Below are positions 49,869 to 63,680 of a stretch of DNA of 64,000 nucleotides, in pieces (position 1 is the stretch's first letter; each line of letters starts with the position of its first letter). Position numbers and translations under genes: made by a program. The stretch lies in NCBI GenBank assembly GCA_973895155.1, contig OZ316891.1:335458-399457 (forward strand), given 5' to 3'. The DNA is from Marsupella aquatica. Lineage: Eukaryota > Plantae > Marchantiophyta. The notes under the pieces were generated by a model, which searched no databases, was not told the DNA's origin, and saw only the letters and a list, made by a program, of their open reading frames with translations.

Positions 49869-52800
49869 CTCGATGAAAGTCTAGAGCTTATTGAATTTGA
49901 GTCAAACGTAGTCCAAGTTAGAACTCGGTAGGGATACGATGTAGCTAGATTTATTTTAATGGAATCAGTTCAATGGAAATGGATTCCACATTCTAAGTCC
50001 TTCGGGATGGATGTAGTCTTTTTTGGTAATCGACAAAAAAATATTCCACAATGGTCATTTATGTTTTCTGGCTTCTACTATAATTCAAGTGATTTGAATG
50101 AAGTGAATTCTTGTTGAAATGATTCTCCAGATGGCATCTGAGTCAACAACCAGAACCGCTAAGACTAGAGTGATACTATCCTATATCTAAATTACCTTAG
50201 AAGACAATAGAATGTTTGACGCGACTATGCGCGTGCACTATGAACAAGACTGGGTATTAAATCCGCGAATAGTTCTCCACATTAGAACATTTTATAACAT
50301 CGGAAAAAACATCCACGATTGCCTTGTATGTTTACCGGCGTCTGGAATAATTCGGTTCATATGAATGAAGTCAGTTTAGACCACCTAGGGCTGAGAGTCT
50401 TTTACTAATGATCAAACTAACAGAGGCTTGAGTGATACTATACTACATCTATATTACCTTAGAATACAACAAGAAGAATGACGCAACGGTGGGCGTGGTC
50501 AGTCAACCAGAATGGGGAACGTGCCTTTCATCACCAAACAAGGCGACCAGGGGCAAGAAATGAACAGATATTGGCATCAATTCTTGAGAGATTTTGACCT
50601 GAGGTCAGTTATGTCACGCGACTGTGCGCGTGGAGTTCTACCCATGACTAATTAACTAATAAATAGAGATCAATCGGATCTCAAAAATGGAGCGCGATTA
50701 TATTTAAGAGTGGAGAGTATATCCTCTCCTCTAAACAATCACGCGACTGGGCGTGTGATGAAACAAAGACTTTAGATATAAAAATAGATTATGGCTAATT
50801 CGCTAGAGAGTCGATTGTACGTTAAAATACCCATATGTACGGTCATGTAGAATTGGAAGACACACTAGTTTGGACTGTGAAGATTTCATTTTGATCAACG
50901 ACTACCGTAATACTTCATAGAAGGAATTCATGGTGATAGATTTCTTCCGGATTGGACTTGATTGAGGAGTGATTGAATTTGACCAAAACTTCATGGAGTC
51001 AATTCATGAATTGAATGCGTGATTGAAGGCAACTAATCTCGTCATTGATTGCGGAATTGCGTACTTACAAGTTGTTCAGTTGCGTGTTGTCTCCGTCAAC
51101 AATTATGGTGACAACCCTCCTCCCAGCCAAGCCTCCTGGTTCTCGCAAACCTTCCGTCAAACTCCAATTGCCTTGAGTATCTTGATTGTATCCAGACCGA
51201 ATCCCTCAACCAGAAAATGAAAGCTTCTTGATCATATTGAGATCAAAATCCTCGAACAGAAAGTGACTTCTAACTAGCCGCTCTTTGTTGGTCCACTAGA
51301 ATGCTCCGAATGAGCGAGGATGACCATAGAGATCATAAAACTTTGTCGTCTTGCTTCCGCCAGAACTCCTACGCTGGATTGGATGAGCCCTTCCCTAGAA
51401 TGTCATACAATGAACTGCGCCTGAGTTGCTTGCATGAGCTCTGCCCTGCCTGGAATGGTTGAATGATCCAATCAGCTCCGCCTCAAATGTGCCTTGGATC
51501 AGCGTCCGCTGAGAGTTCCGCTAGTCAGGAGAAACTGAAAATGAAGAATGATCCATGAACGATGAGAGTAGTCTAACTCCATGAAGGATGTGTTCATCTG
51601 GATCGGTTTTGATTTTGAAAATTGATTCAATCTCCAGTCGTGAGAATCATTGTACATTGTTTAGGAATTAGGATTTGGCACGTTACTTTCTTGAGTTTTG
51701 AATTGAGTTGCTATTCAACGTGCGAGTGGACATATGGATCCGGTGTTGTCCACTTCCAAAATGGATTGATTTTGAATATCGGTTCACTCCGATCGTGAGA
51801 ATCTTTTTACGTTGTTCAGGAGGTCGGATTTCAATTGGCTCGATACTCAAATTTGAATTGGCAAGATGTAGAGAGTGGAGATACGGATCCGGATCCGGAT
51901 CCGGGGGTCTCCACTACCAAAATCTATCACAACTGCATGATTATCGGCTTAAATTTCAAATTGGCGATCCTACTAAAATCTCGTTGAGTACGGCCAATCA
52001 AGAAGATTCCAGTAATCTTCTTTTCACGATTGCCTACTTCGTACTGATTGAGTCTTAGGTGGAAGGTGTACGGAGATCATCCGGAACCTTCCGATCCATA
52101 GGATGCCTAGGCTTAGAGTCTATTATTAGGGTTATGTTAAAATGGTTACCCTAATTTGCATTACTTAGTGACGGTGCACACAGTCTCGAGTTCATTGTTG
52201 TTCACTTCTTGTCAGTTCTCTCGTTCATTGTTGTTGTCTCCTGCGCCAGCTCCATCGGACCTTCACGAGCCTGCTCTCGTTCGCCCCATTTTGTTTGTTG
52301 CAGCTCGTTCATTGTGGTCAGGAGCTCGATCATTCCTTCACTGTGGTCCAAAGCTCGATCGTTCATTGTGGTCAGGAGCTCTCGTTCGTTGTGGTTCGGA
52401 GGTGGTTGGCGCGCTTCAGCTCGATCTCACATCTTGTATTCACTTCTTGTTTGCTCGAAGGGCTTCTTGGGTTCGTCACAGCTTGTTTGTTTGGAGCTCT
52501 GAAGTTGCAAGATTGCAGCTTGTGTTCAGCTCGTATCAGCAAATTTCAGCTTGTTCCAGCAGCTTGAACTCATTTTTGGTAGCCTGTCTCAGATCGTTGC
52601 ATTATCAAGTTTGTTTAAGCTCTTTCATTGATCAGGTTTATGCTTTAATTCATTCTCAGCATTCTATCGACAGCGTATGATTCTATCTCTAGAAGTGTCT
52701 GTTTACCTCGAGATAGTAAGTTCCTTGCCGCCTTGATTGCAATTTCAGTGGAAGAACTGTTTACCTCAAGATATTTGCTTAGCTTATATCTTTAATACAT

Positions 52801-53735
52801 CAATCTGGGATTTAAATCTTATTATACGTTCTTTCTGGAATGCCGCAGCAAGGTCTTTAAGTGGAAATTGATTTCTATCTCTTAGACGATTACATTGATC
52901 AATTTGTTAGAATTCAAGTACTTTTCTTGAGATCATTCTACAGATCATTAAGCTGAGTTTTCATGTAATTGTAGTTTGTGTCTGTAAACTCAAATATGAC
53001 CGAATCATACAAGCTAACTCAAATATAACCTGAATCATATTAACGATGTCATACAACTTCCAGGCTGTGCAATTGACTCATCTTATTGTATTATACTGAA
53101 TCATATCAACCGACTCAACAACCAGCAGCAACCTATACAATTTAATAATCTTAACTGACTGATGCTCTGTGAATCATGCTAAACTGAATTCTTTTCAATA
53201 TGAATATTTCTGATATATGATTGTTTCACAATGACAGCGTGCTAACATCTGAATTGTAATATTGGAAACTTCATGAATGTTTTGATTGCTTATAACTATG
53301 AATGAATCCCAATGATCGCTTGTTATTTAAATGAATACACTCAATACTGGTCTGCCTGAATCCAATTAATAAATATATCTTCGCATGAATATATCTCACT
53401 TGAATAATTCCATGTTCGCATTCAGATTTATCAGTCTGTACAGGTATTAGTCGGTATCGTGACTACTCCTGGTTTCTAGTCATATAAAGTATAACGTATA
53501 AGGTATAAAGTTGTTGGATTGATTTTGGATTATCTTTTGACGCGACCAGTCGCGTGTGAGGTAGATCTCTTAGCGTCACGAATCTAAATTTCCACACGGG
53601 AGGTTTAGAGATTTTTGAGGATTAGGTGACACGACCAATCGCATGGTAGGTGCAGTTTAGGGTGCCCGTTAGACCTCTTATTGACTAGTTCCATGACGGA
53701 AGGAAACGTTTTGATTATTTGACGCGACCAGTCGC

Positions 53736-54293
53736 GTGACAAATCAAAATAGAGGTTCATTGATGGGGGAACCTAGTCTGGAGAGCTTCAAATATCTCTG
53801 CCCAATATTTAATATTCTCGACAGAACCCAAGATGGCCTACTGGAGGGATATTCTGTCTTTGTTGAGACACTACTACCTGGACTTCCAGATAACATTGTA
53901 GCGGAATTGATTTGGCCTCGAATCAGGGATTCCTTTAATTGCTCGGCTAATGCAGGAAATTTCTCCACAAAGGAATTGAATGAGTTGATTGGACTATCTT
54001 TGGTGTGTCACAAATGGCACCACCTTGTTGGTAATACCTATCTATTGGGTATAATCAAGTTGAGTTTATTAGATTTAGATTTCCCAAGAAATCCTATTAA
54101 ATCGATCCCAAATGAGTCTCTCTCATCGATAGTGCAAAGTTTTTTTAAGAAATACCCAAGAATTAAATTCCTGGGGTCGATGTCCTGCATTGTTAGAGAA
54201 CTATTTACTGTGGAATGGCTCGATATAGGTTTATGTAAGAAACTTGTCATTATTTTGCTTTTTGAACAAGGCATAGTAAGAAAGACGTTTTAA
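53736..54293 (+). CDS. F-box-like ORF, possibly captured or TE-borne
   Basis: LLPGLPDNIVAELIWPRI...LSLVCHKWHHLV matches the plant F-box pattern LLPGLPDD...VCKxW; first ATG at about 53763. Confidence 0.5.
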   Translation: MTNQNRGSLMGEPSLESFKYLCPIFNILDRTQDGLLEGYSVFVETLLPGLPDNIVAELIWPRIRDSFNCSANAGNFSTKELNELIGLSLVCHKWHHLVGNTYLLGIIKLSLLDLDFPRNPIKSIPNESLSSIVQSFFKKYPRIKFLGSMSCIVRELFTVEWLDIGLCKKLVIILLFEQGIVRKTF

Positions 54294-56576
54294 GTGCTAT
54301 CGGAGTAACTAGGTTTTAGGAACTTAAGTAGGTAGAATAGGAAAGATATTGGAATGGAAGGTTACTGAGTTGTAAGCAAGTGACAAGGGATAAGAAAGGT
54401 CTTTATGATGAGGCATACAATGTTCCATCCTTATTTAGAATAGACGACTATTCCAAGCCGGAGAAACAACCCGACACTTGAAGTCTTAGTTTTGGTTCAG
54501 ATTTTTCCCTAGAGCACCCCTAAAAAGTTAGATGTCAAGTGGGGTCTTAACCTAGGGTTTCCTTGTGTTTCGGTGTGACTTAAATTAACAAAATAGCGGG
54601 TCCCGGGAAAAATAGCTGATGAGTAAATTTAGGAGTTCCAAGTTTGGAAGTGGGTTAAATATGGTCCACTATATCCCTGGGAACTTGTGGTAGAACCTGG
54701 GTATCTTTTGTTACTTTTTGGGAGCATCTCAAAGTTGAGAAGAATTTTGGAAAACATAACAATTAACCCACTTTACCTAATTTTAGAAAATCGATGATAA
54801 GGTTTTGTCTAGATATTAGTAAACCAGGACATAGTCCTATGTCTAGAGAATTTGTCATTTTGGACTCATGGGTGATTTTTGGGGGCAATCCAAAACGGCA
54901 TGAAAATGCAGTTTTTTCCAGAAAAAAATGACATTTTTTCTAAGTGTTGGGGAACGACAACGCACAAGCTACGACTCAAGCACGAGGCCGGTGAGGAAGT
55001 CAAGCACGAGGAGGCTATCCAAAGGTGTTGCATGTTGCTTGAGGTGCCAATTGAGCACAAGGGCGACTGAATTAAAGGAAGGGCCGCTTGAATTGACTTG
55101 GCTGCATGCTGCTGATCAGAATTGGCGGGCCGCCTTGATGCTGCTGATTGGAATCAAGCTGCGTGCTATGGAGAAAATGGGTTGCTGCTGATCAAGAGAT
55201 GGCTGGCTGGATGTGAGCTATGGTGGGCTACAAAATTGAGGGGCTGGCGGCTGATCAGATGGACTGCTGCACAAGAATTGATTGAATGTCGTAGCGGATC
55301 AACAAGGACCATCTGCAAGAGAGAAAGAAGGCTGCTGCTGTAAATTGAAGAGCTATGGCTGCAAAATAGGATTGCTGCTAGCTGCGAAATTGCAGAGGTG
55401 GGCAGCTACAAAATTTAGAAGAGAGACCTGCTTGGATGAGTGATTGGAATAGAGCTAGTTGCTGAGAAGGAATCAAGCTATGGCTGCTGATGTGCTTCGA
55501 ATCTGCTGCTGTGCTGATAGTTGCAAAATTGAAGAGGTGGGCTAGCTAAAAAATTGACTAGGTGGGCTGTGAGCTATGGCTGGATGTGGGCTGTCGCTGC
55601 TCATGAATTGAAGAGCTGCGAGTTATGGCTGCTTGTGATGCCTAGCCAGGAATCACTAAGCCCGTTTTACATGGTAAGCAGGAGTGTACCCTGGAAACAC
55701 CTTAGTATAGGACCAAAAACAAAGAAAATATAAACAATTAAGGGTGACTATGGAACCCGGGCCGAGGCCGGAAGTAAGGATGCCGGGGGAGAGAACACGA
55801 TTAGGGTTAGGGCGCGCTAAGCGCCGGCGGCTAGGGGTGACCAACGGGAGGGGGGACCTGAGGAGGAGAGGGGTAAGAACCACTCGCGAGGAATAGTGGC
55901 TCATTTGCAAGAACAAACTCGGCATACGACTACGGGAGGCCAAATGTTGTCAGCTGCTTAGACAAGCACTCGGGGTGGGAACAGATACCAACGATCGATC
56001 AAGGAGGGTATGAGCAACGTCAATCAAGCGGCACATTTTTGGGGATGCCTGTTTGAACGGGCAGGTGAGTACGTCAAGACTTACAAGGATGAAGAATCGG
56101 AGAGAGCAACTCGAGAATGGCAGAAGCTCGCTCGGCTCTGAGAACTGCAGAAGACGGCTTTCTTAGGAGGAGAACTTATCAAGGCCGAGTTCTTGTGGAC
56201 TCCTACTGCCAATCAACTCGACGACCTTCTGTTTTGCGGAAACAGAATTGTCGGCATCCGTGAAGCCATCAATCGCTGCAACGACCTACACTGGGAGTTG
56301 AAGGGTAACACGGAGGGGTGGACAAAGGAAATCTTGCTAGGACAAACATCCACGGCAGCCGAGATGAAGAGGAAAGGAAACAACAATGAAGAGGCCACCC
56401 CGGCAAAAAGAACGAGGTCGGCGACACCTAGGAAGCCAACAGAGCAGCCAAGCAAGACAAGGGGAGAAGCCGATGAGGAAGAGGTCGATCCCATCAATGT
56501 CATTCCAACAAACGATGACACCTAGAAAGGCTAGGCGGTGACCCTACCGGAGGAAGTGCAATTACACTTTGCACGG

Positions 56577-59500
56577 TGTCGTGCCGAATGATTTTGGCTC
56601 AGGAATGGCTTTTATGAGGGATAATGGACGAGGCTTCCCGATTGGGTTGCATGCATGCTAACTCGGAGGGACTGCTTGGTTGGATGGATTGAGGTTTGGT
56701 GATTGGGTGACTTGTCGTCACCAGGTTTGGTGTTTGGGTGAGTCACCAGGCTTGGAGTTTGGATAAGCCTCGTTGATGGCAGCTGGCTCAGGCTGGATGG
56801 TTGGGTTTCTGATGCTACTTAAGAATTGAGCCTCGGCTCATTGAGGTTGCCGGTTGTCTATTCAGGTTGGTTGAATTACGTTCTTTGAGTTTCGCTCCGT
56901 TCTGCGGGACTCGGCTGTTGTGCGTCGGTTTTGGAGTTCCGAGTGAGTTTTTGATCCAGGCAAGGAGTTTCTGATCCAGGCGGGGAGTTTCTCGAGTCTG
57001 GAGCCTCGTTGGGTCCAGACCCGAGTTCCGTGCAAGTTGTTTTAGACTAGTGGAGTAGCTAGTCAAGTTTTGGTTTTGTGAACTAAGGAGGATAGTTTTT
57101 CCGTCAGATTTTGAGTAGTTAGTCACTCGAGGAGTTCCACCCGATAAGTTAGAGGTAGCGGCCCGCCATAGGGCCAGCTACCAGACTCTTGCGGGCAAGC
57201 TTACTGGAGGGCACCTATTGTAAACTTTGTGAGAAAAGTAAAAAATATAAAGGAGTGAGAGTTCGCCCCGAAAAGTGCTTGTCACCTGTCCTGATCATAG
57301 CCAGAAGCGTGTAGTTTGCCCGAGGAGCCCCTAACTTAAAGTCCACGTGACATTGGTGACCATACTGGGGATTCCTTGGGGCGGTTGGATGAGATGGGTG
57401 ACTATGACAAAGTCGATCGGATATTGAGCATCGTCATGTCGATGATGAGAACCATAAGGAAGGAAGAGCTTGAGTCGGAAAGGGCGAACAGAGAAGCGAA
57501 TAGAACTACTCGATGTCTCCAAGAGGTTCTGAAGGAGAATGGGCAGTTCGATGGGAGAAATGTGACAAGCTACCTTAAGTCTTACCTAACAGAGGCAGCT
57601 GTCTACAAGTTGGACGAAGGGACAGCCATGAAAGAGTTCATGGTGCTGGTTGAGAAGGAGTTGAGTTCGACGGTGCGAACCATCATTGAGTCAGCTGAGG
57701 GCTGGGATGATTTCGACCAGAAGATGAAAGAGGAGTTCCAAGCTGAGGATGCTGATCGGGTCACGTAGGCTACCTTCTTGGATTGGGTGAATGACAGGAA
57801 CAAGAAGCTGAAGGGGCCGCAAGAGCTCCTAAGGGAGTTCAAGAGAAGGGTGTCTCAGTTACCAAAGCGGGATGTGGGAATCATCGAGTTGCAGCGCTCG
57901 ACGCTCTTCTTGCGGGCAGCCGATGAGGACCTTCGAGAAGAGCTTGAGAACGCGATGGAGCTGCTGGAACCTTCAAGAGTTACCTTGTCTAACAACTGGA
58001 ACCAAGTTGAGAAAGCGGTGTCGAAAGTGAGCAATCGACACCGGCGGCGAGAGCTAGACAAGGAGGCTACCACTCTTGACCTAAGGCCGTCGGAACCGAT
58101 ATTGAGGAAAGGGAAGCGAGAGCCAGCGAAGGATGAGATCAAACCATCGGTGGATGATCTCGCAGAAATGATGCAGAACCTGAAGATCTTGGCGGCACAT
58201 GCGGTCGAGAATCCAAAACTAAGGGTTGCGAGTGCTCCCGAGAGGAAGCGAGAGATGCAGAGTTGGCCATGCATGTGGTGCGACAGCAAAGAGCATGACA
58301 AACGGGAGTGCCTGGACCTGAGGGAAGCTGTGGATAAAGGGCTGATCAAGTTCGTCGGTGAAGTTGGTCAGAAAAAGATATCGTTTGCCGATACTGAAGA
58401 GCCGATCCCATTCAACTCCAACAAGGGAGGCATGAAGGCTTTGGTTGAGAAGCGAGCAGGGAAGCGAGTCGAAGAGGCATCCTCTTCACACCTAGAAGCG
58501 AATGTTTACAATGTGGAGTTGGATGGCCCCGTGACGGAAACGGACAAGTTTTACAAGCGCTTGGCGGATCTGGTGCGAGAGAGATCTGGATGGAGTGACC
58601 CGGTGCTGATCAATGCGATAACGGTTGAGGTTGGGGCTAGTTGGGATGCCTCAGTCGAGTCAAAAAGGAAGAAAACTGACGAGGATGACACTCCGTCTCA
58701 ATCAGGGGAACGAGAGAGGCGGGACACTCGAGACAAGGAAAGGAGGGTTAGGTTTGAAGAAGAGGAAATGAGCGAGAAAGAGCCGGAGAAAGGGAAACCG
58801 ATTAGGAAGGACCCGGGCTGGGTGCTTGGCAGGGACGTGGACCAGACCATGTACCCGGAGGTCGTAGCTAAGAAGTTCTGGAGCCAACAGGCTCAAGGGT
58901 TTACTAATGTAGAGTTCTTTGGCAATATGAGGCGAGAGATCCAGGAAGCGATCTTGGAGAGATCCAAGAGGAAACGGATTTACAAGGAGGGCCCTCACAC
59001 CTTGATGGGGGAGGCTGGCGAGACGGAAATTGGAAGTTTCCGAACTTATACTGCTGGGGTGTCCATGGGTTCAGGTAGTAAGCTTGCTGTCCCCAAAGAG
59101 TCAGGCTTGGGAAAACCGAAGGGGGTCAAGTCCCTTGACGAGGAGCTCATGGACTTGGACATTGAGTTCTTCGATGCGGAGGAAGAGCTCATGGGAGCCG
59201 AAAGTGAAACTGAGTCTGTGGCAAACAGGGACCCGACCAAATGGGGAGAACGGGAAAGCATTACCGCGGAGTCAAGGACCATTCATGTCATGGGCTCAAT
59301 GAAGGGAAATGGTTACGCTTACCGGGATGGGTACTGGGCTCGAGCAAGTCCGGAGAGCGAGTGCCAGTTGGAAGGAATGGAAGGCAAGGTGCGGGCGCTC
59401 ATTGATACTGGCTCGGAGATCAACTTGATGGATCCAAAGGTGTTTCAAAAGGGGAATTGGCCGGTGGACAATGAGTTGCTTTGGAGTGTGAACTCGGTCA

Positions 59501-62500
59501 GTTCAATGAAGGACTATCTTTGGGGCGGATGTCCGAATGTGATGGTGAAGTTTGGGAATGTCAAGCAGGCTTGCAACATTTTTATTCATGAGCACTTGTC
59601 GTTTCCGGTGATACTGGGCATGCCGTTCATCACTGAATGGAGGATGGAGACAAAGGTTCTGGATGATACTACCTTCATGGTGAAGGTTCGGAGCAAAGAT
59701 GGGAAAGAGGTGGTTCAATTTCCGGCTGTTTTACCTGGAAACGAGAGGAATAGGAAAGGGTTGAGGACTGAGAGTGTCGATTCCTGTCCAGGTCCGGAAA
59801 ACGACTTGGCACTTCGCTGAAAAGAGTGGATCAGCGGAGTGCTCGTTCCTTAGCTCCTTGTGAAAGGGAAAATACGATGGATAATGGAGAGGAAGAGCCA
59901 CTCGAATGTGCGGAGTCTAACTTGGGAATGGACAAGCTGGAGAAGGAGTTGGAAAGGCAGTACTCGTCTATGGCCGTGCTTGTATACTCGAGTACCAAAT
60001 ACAAAACGGTCGACAAGAAGGTGAGGCCGGCGGCGATACCTTTGCCGGACGATGCGATGGAGGTTATGGATCAAGCGAGATTGAAACCAATTAGGCTGAG
60101 GCCAACTGATCGGATAGGGCATAAGTTTACTCAAGAGAGTTTGGCAAAGCTAAAGGTTGGTTCAGATGGGTTACTTACGGAGGTGGAGCAAGTGGCATTT
60201 CGAAAAATGATAATGGAGCATGGTAAGGCATTCTCGTTTTTGATTGAGGAGATTGGTTGTGCGGATCCGAGTAAGGTGACACTGATGGTCATCTTTACCA
60301 TCCCTCATGTTCCGTGTGATCTGAAACCGATTTCGGTTCCGCGGGCTTTAGCTCCAAAGCTTGCGAAACTGCTTAAGGAGAAGCTGAGTGCTAGGATTCT
60401 CGAGAGGTCTGATGCTCCCTACTCGAACAGATGGTTTACGGTGAGAAAGAAGAATGGAAGCTTGAGGTTCATTCAGGATATGCAACCTCCGAACAAGGTG
60501 ACCATCAGGAATGTGGGAGTTGGGCCACTCGTGGATGAGTTTGCGGAGGAGTTCGCTGGAAGGGCGATCTACTCCATGGGTGATTTGTTTTCGGGTTACG
60601 ACCAGTTCCAGTTGGCGCAAGAGAGCCGAGACATTACGACTATGAGGACTCCATTGGGCCTCTTGAGGATGTGCACTCTTCCTCAAGGGGCGACGAACTC
60701 AGTTGCCCATATGCAAAATGCAATGAGCAAAATCTTGGAGCCATTCATTCCGGAAAAAGCGAGACCATTTATTGACGATGTCCCAATAAAAGGGTGCTTG
60801 GCTGAAGGGAGGGATGAGACCTTGAGAAGTGATGGGATCCGGCAGTTTGTGTGGGATCACATTGCGGATGTTAAGGCGGTTATCAAGAAGCTGATTGATG
60901 TGGGAGTCACTCTTTCGGGGGAGAAGTCTGAATTCGGAATGAAAGAAGTGAAAGTCGTTGGGCAAATGTGCGGATCTTATGGGAGGAAACCGAACATGGA
61001 TAAGGTGAGAGCTATTAGCGAGATGAAGGATTGCGAATCGGTGCCGGAAGTTTGAAGGTTTTTGGGTGCTTGTGTCTTTTACAAGATCTGGATCCCTCAC
61101 TTCTCGCACCTGGCGGACCCCGCTCTATGAGCTGTTGAGGAAAAAGGTTAAGTGGAGATGGCTACCCGAGCATAGTGAAGCAATGGCTAAGCTTAAGAGC
61201 GCTCTCATGAGCCCACCAGTTCTCCGAGCTGCAGACTATGAGAGCGGGCGACCATTGATCATGACTGTTGATGCGAGTCCGTTCGCAGCCGGGTGGGCTG
61301 TTGGGCAAGATGACGAGAATGGAGAAAGGTATGCGATCAGATTTGGGGCAAAAAAATTTACGGAAAGGCACAGGAGATATGCCCAAGTTAAGAGAGAGCT
61401 TTGGGGTGCCAAGGTGGCATTCCATTAGGAGAGGAACTATTTGATTGGGGCGCGGTGGTGGTTGAGACTGATTGCCAATCACTGCTGGGAATGATCGCGA
61501 ATTGTGACACGCCTGACATAGCGATGCTCAGGTGGATCGCTTTCATTCGGATGTTCAACCTTGAGCTAAGTCACATTGCGGGAAAGGATAATCCGGTTGC
61601 CGACATGCTGTCGAGGGCGAGATTCAGAAATGAGGTAGCAACGAGAGTTGGTGAGGTAACCAGGACCGAAAGTGTTGGAAGTCTAGAGTTCAAGGAGGAA
61701 CTCTACTCGGGAGAGTTGCTGGATATTGGGCGTTACATTAGCACTTTGGAGAAGCAACCAGAGTGGAGTTACCAGGAGTTTGTCAAGATCCGGAAGAGAT
61801 CTTACAAGTTCCTATTGAGGGAGGGTTATTTGTGGCGAAGGCATAAGGACCCAAGTCAGTTGTTGCAGAGGGTTGTGGATACTAAGGGTGAGAATACTTG
61901 AGGATATCATTGCAAGGCATGGGTGCTTTACAAGGATCAGGGCTGATAGGGGGGAGCTCAGCTCCAAGGAAGCGCAAGAGTTTTTCGACCAATACCGCAT
62001 CAAACTGAAGCTGACTTCGAGTTATAATCCGGAAGGCAATGGGAAGTCTGAAAGGGGGCACATCCAGATTGTGGGCGCTTTGGCTAAGGCTTGTGATGGG
62101 GACTTGGGCAGGTGGTCGAGTCTCCTTCCACTTGCTCTGCTAGCGGATCAGATGACATGTAGCTCAGTGACCGGATACGTTCCGGCTGAGCTACTTACTG
62201 GGCACTTGCCGATGATGCCACTCGAAGAAGATGTTTGCAGCTGGCGACTGATTGGATGGAAAGATGAAGTTTCAAGAGACGAGTTGCTGGCTCAAAGAAT
62301 CGAACACTTCAACTTGTTACCCGCGAAGATTGAGGTGGCTCGGAAGCAATTGAAGATGGCAAGGTTAAGGAACAAGGGCAGGTTCGACAGGACTCATCGG
62401 TTGAGACCTGTCTTGGTTAAGGAAGGGGATTGAGTTCTGGTTTACGAAAGTAAGTTGGACGAGCAACACTTGAGCCGAAACAAGTTTTCTTGGAGGTGGC

Positions 62501-63661
62501 AAGGTCCGTATGTGGTGGTTGCTGTTCATGCGAATGCGACCTACACTATTCGGGAATTGGATGGGACGGTTCACCAAGTACCTTACGCAGGGAAAAGGGT
62601 GAAGATCTTCAAGAGGAGGACCGAGAAGGGAATGGACTCAAGTTCCGACTTGAGTGAGTTTGAAGACGAGGCGCTGGTCCAGGCGCATCCGATGGACTTG
62701 AGTTTCGGAGGTGACTTGACTGGTTCCGATTTGGATGAGTTGGATTTTGGGTTTCTGGAAAGTGGAGTGCCTAAGGCCGAGTCTGAAGGCTTTGGGTTTG
62801 AGTTTCTTGAGGAGGAAGTGGTCCAGGCGCATGGCTCAAGTTCAAACTCAGACTTGGAGGAAATCTGAAGGATTGGAGCAGACCGGAGGCTGCTCAGGTT
62901 TACTGGGGGAGGATGTCGTGCCGAATGATTTCGGCTTAGGAATGGCTTTTATAGGGGGATAATGGACGAGGCTTCCCGGTTGGGTTGCATGCATACTGAC
63001 TCGGAGGGACTGCTTGGTTGGATGGATTGAGGTTTGGTGATTGGGTGACTCGTCGTCACCAGGTTTGGTGTTTGGGTGAGTCACCAGGCTTGGAGTTTGG
63101 ATGAGCCTCGCTGATGGTAGCTGGCTCAGGCTGGATGGTTGGGTTTCTGATGCTACTTAAGACTTGAGCCTCGGCTCATTGAGGTTGCCGGTTGTCTATT
63201 CAAGTTGGTTGAATTACGTTCTTTGAGTTTCGCTCCGTTCTGCGGGACTCGGCTGTTGTGCGTCGGTTTTGGAGTTCCGAGTGAGTTTTTGATCCAGGCA
63301 AGGAGTTTCCGATCCAGGCGGGGAGTTTCTCGAGTCTGGAGCCTCGTTGGTCCAGGCCCGAGTTCCGTGCGAGCTGTTTTAGACTAGTGGAGTAGCTAGT
63401 CGAGTTTTGGTTTTGTGAACTAAGGAGGATAGTTTTTTCCATCAGATTTTGAGTAGTTAGTCACTCGAGGAGTTCCACCCGATAAGTTAGAGGTAACGGC
63501 CCGCCGTAGGGCCAGCTACCAGACGCTTGCGGGCAAGCTTACTCGAGGGCACCTATTGTAAACTTTGTGAGAAAAGTAAAAAATATAAAGGAGTGAGAGT
63601 TTGCTCCGAAAAGTGTTTGTCATCTGTCCTGATCGCAGCCAAAAGCATGTAGTTTTCCCGA
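56577..63661 (+). mobile_element. Non-chromoviral Ty3/Gypsy LTR retrotransposon, decayed; 5-prime LTR 56577-57352, 3-prime LTR 62914-63661 (truncated)
   Basis: LTR TGTCGTG...CGTGACA; PBS TGGTGACCATACTGGGGA (tRNA-Arg-like) at 57354; PPT GGGGGAGGA at 62905-62913; domain order gag-PR-RT-RH-IN. Confidence 0.93.
57394..62868 (+). pseudogene. gag-pol of the Gypsy element, with stops, frameshifts and a partial integrase deletion
   Basis: Zinc knuckle CMWCDSKEHDKREC; protease LIDTGSEINLM; RT LPQGATNS and FIDD; RNase H VDASP...ETD...NPVADMLSR; integrase RIRADRGE...YNPEGNGKSERGH. Confidence 0.9.
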
Positions 63662-63680
63662 TGGACTTTAATGGACTTTA

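Noticed and set aside
51885-51903. (GGATCC)3 palindrome as a functional site
   Set aside because: A simple microsatellite with no supporting context.
55680-56570. Coding remnant upstream of the Gypsy LTR
   Set aside because: Broken by stops with no assignable domain; probably a decayed TE ORF that cannot be named.
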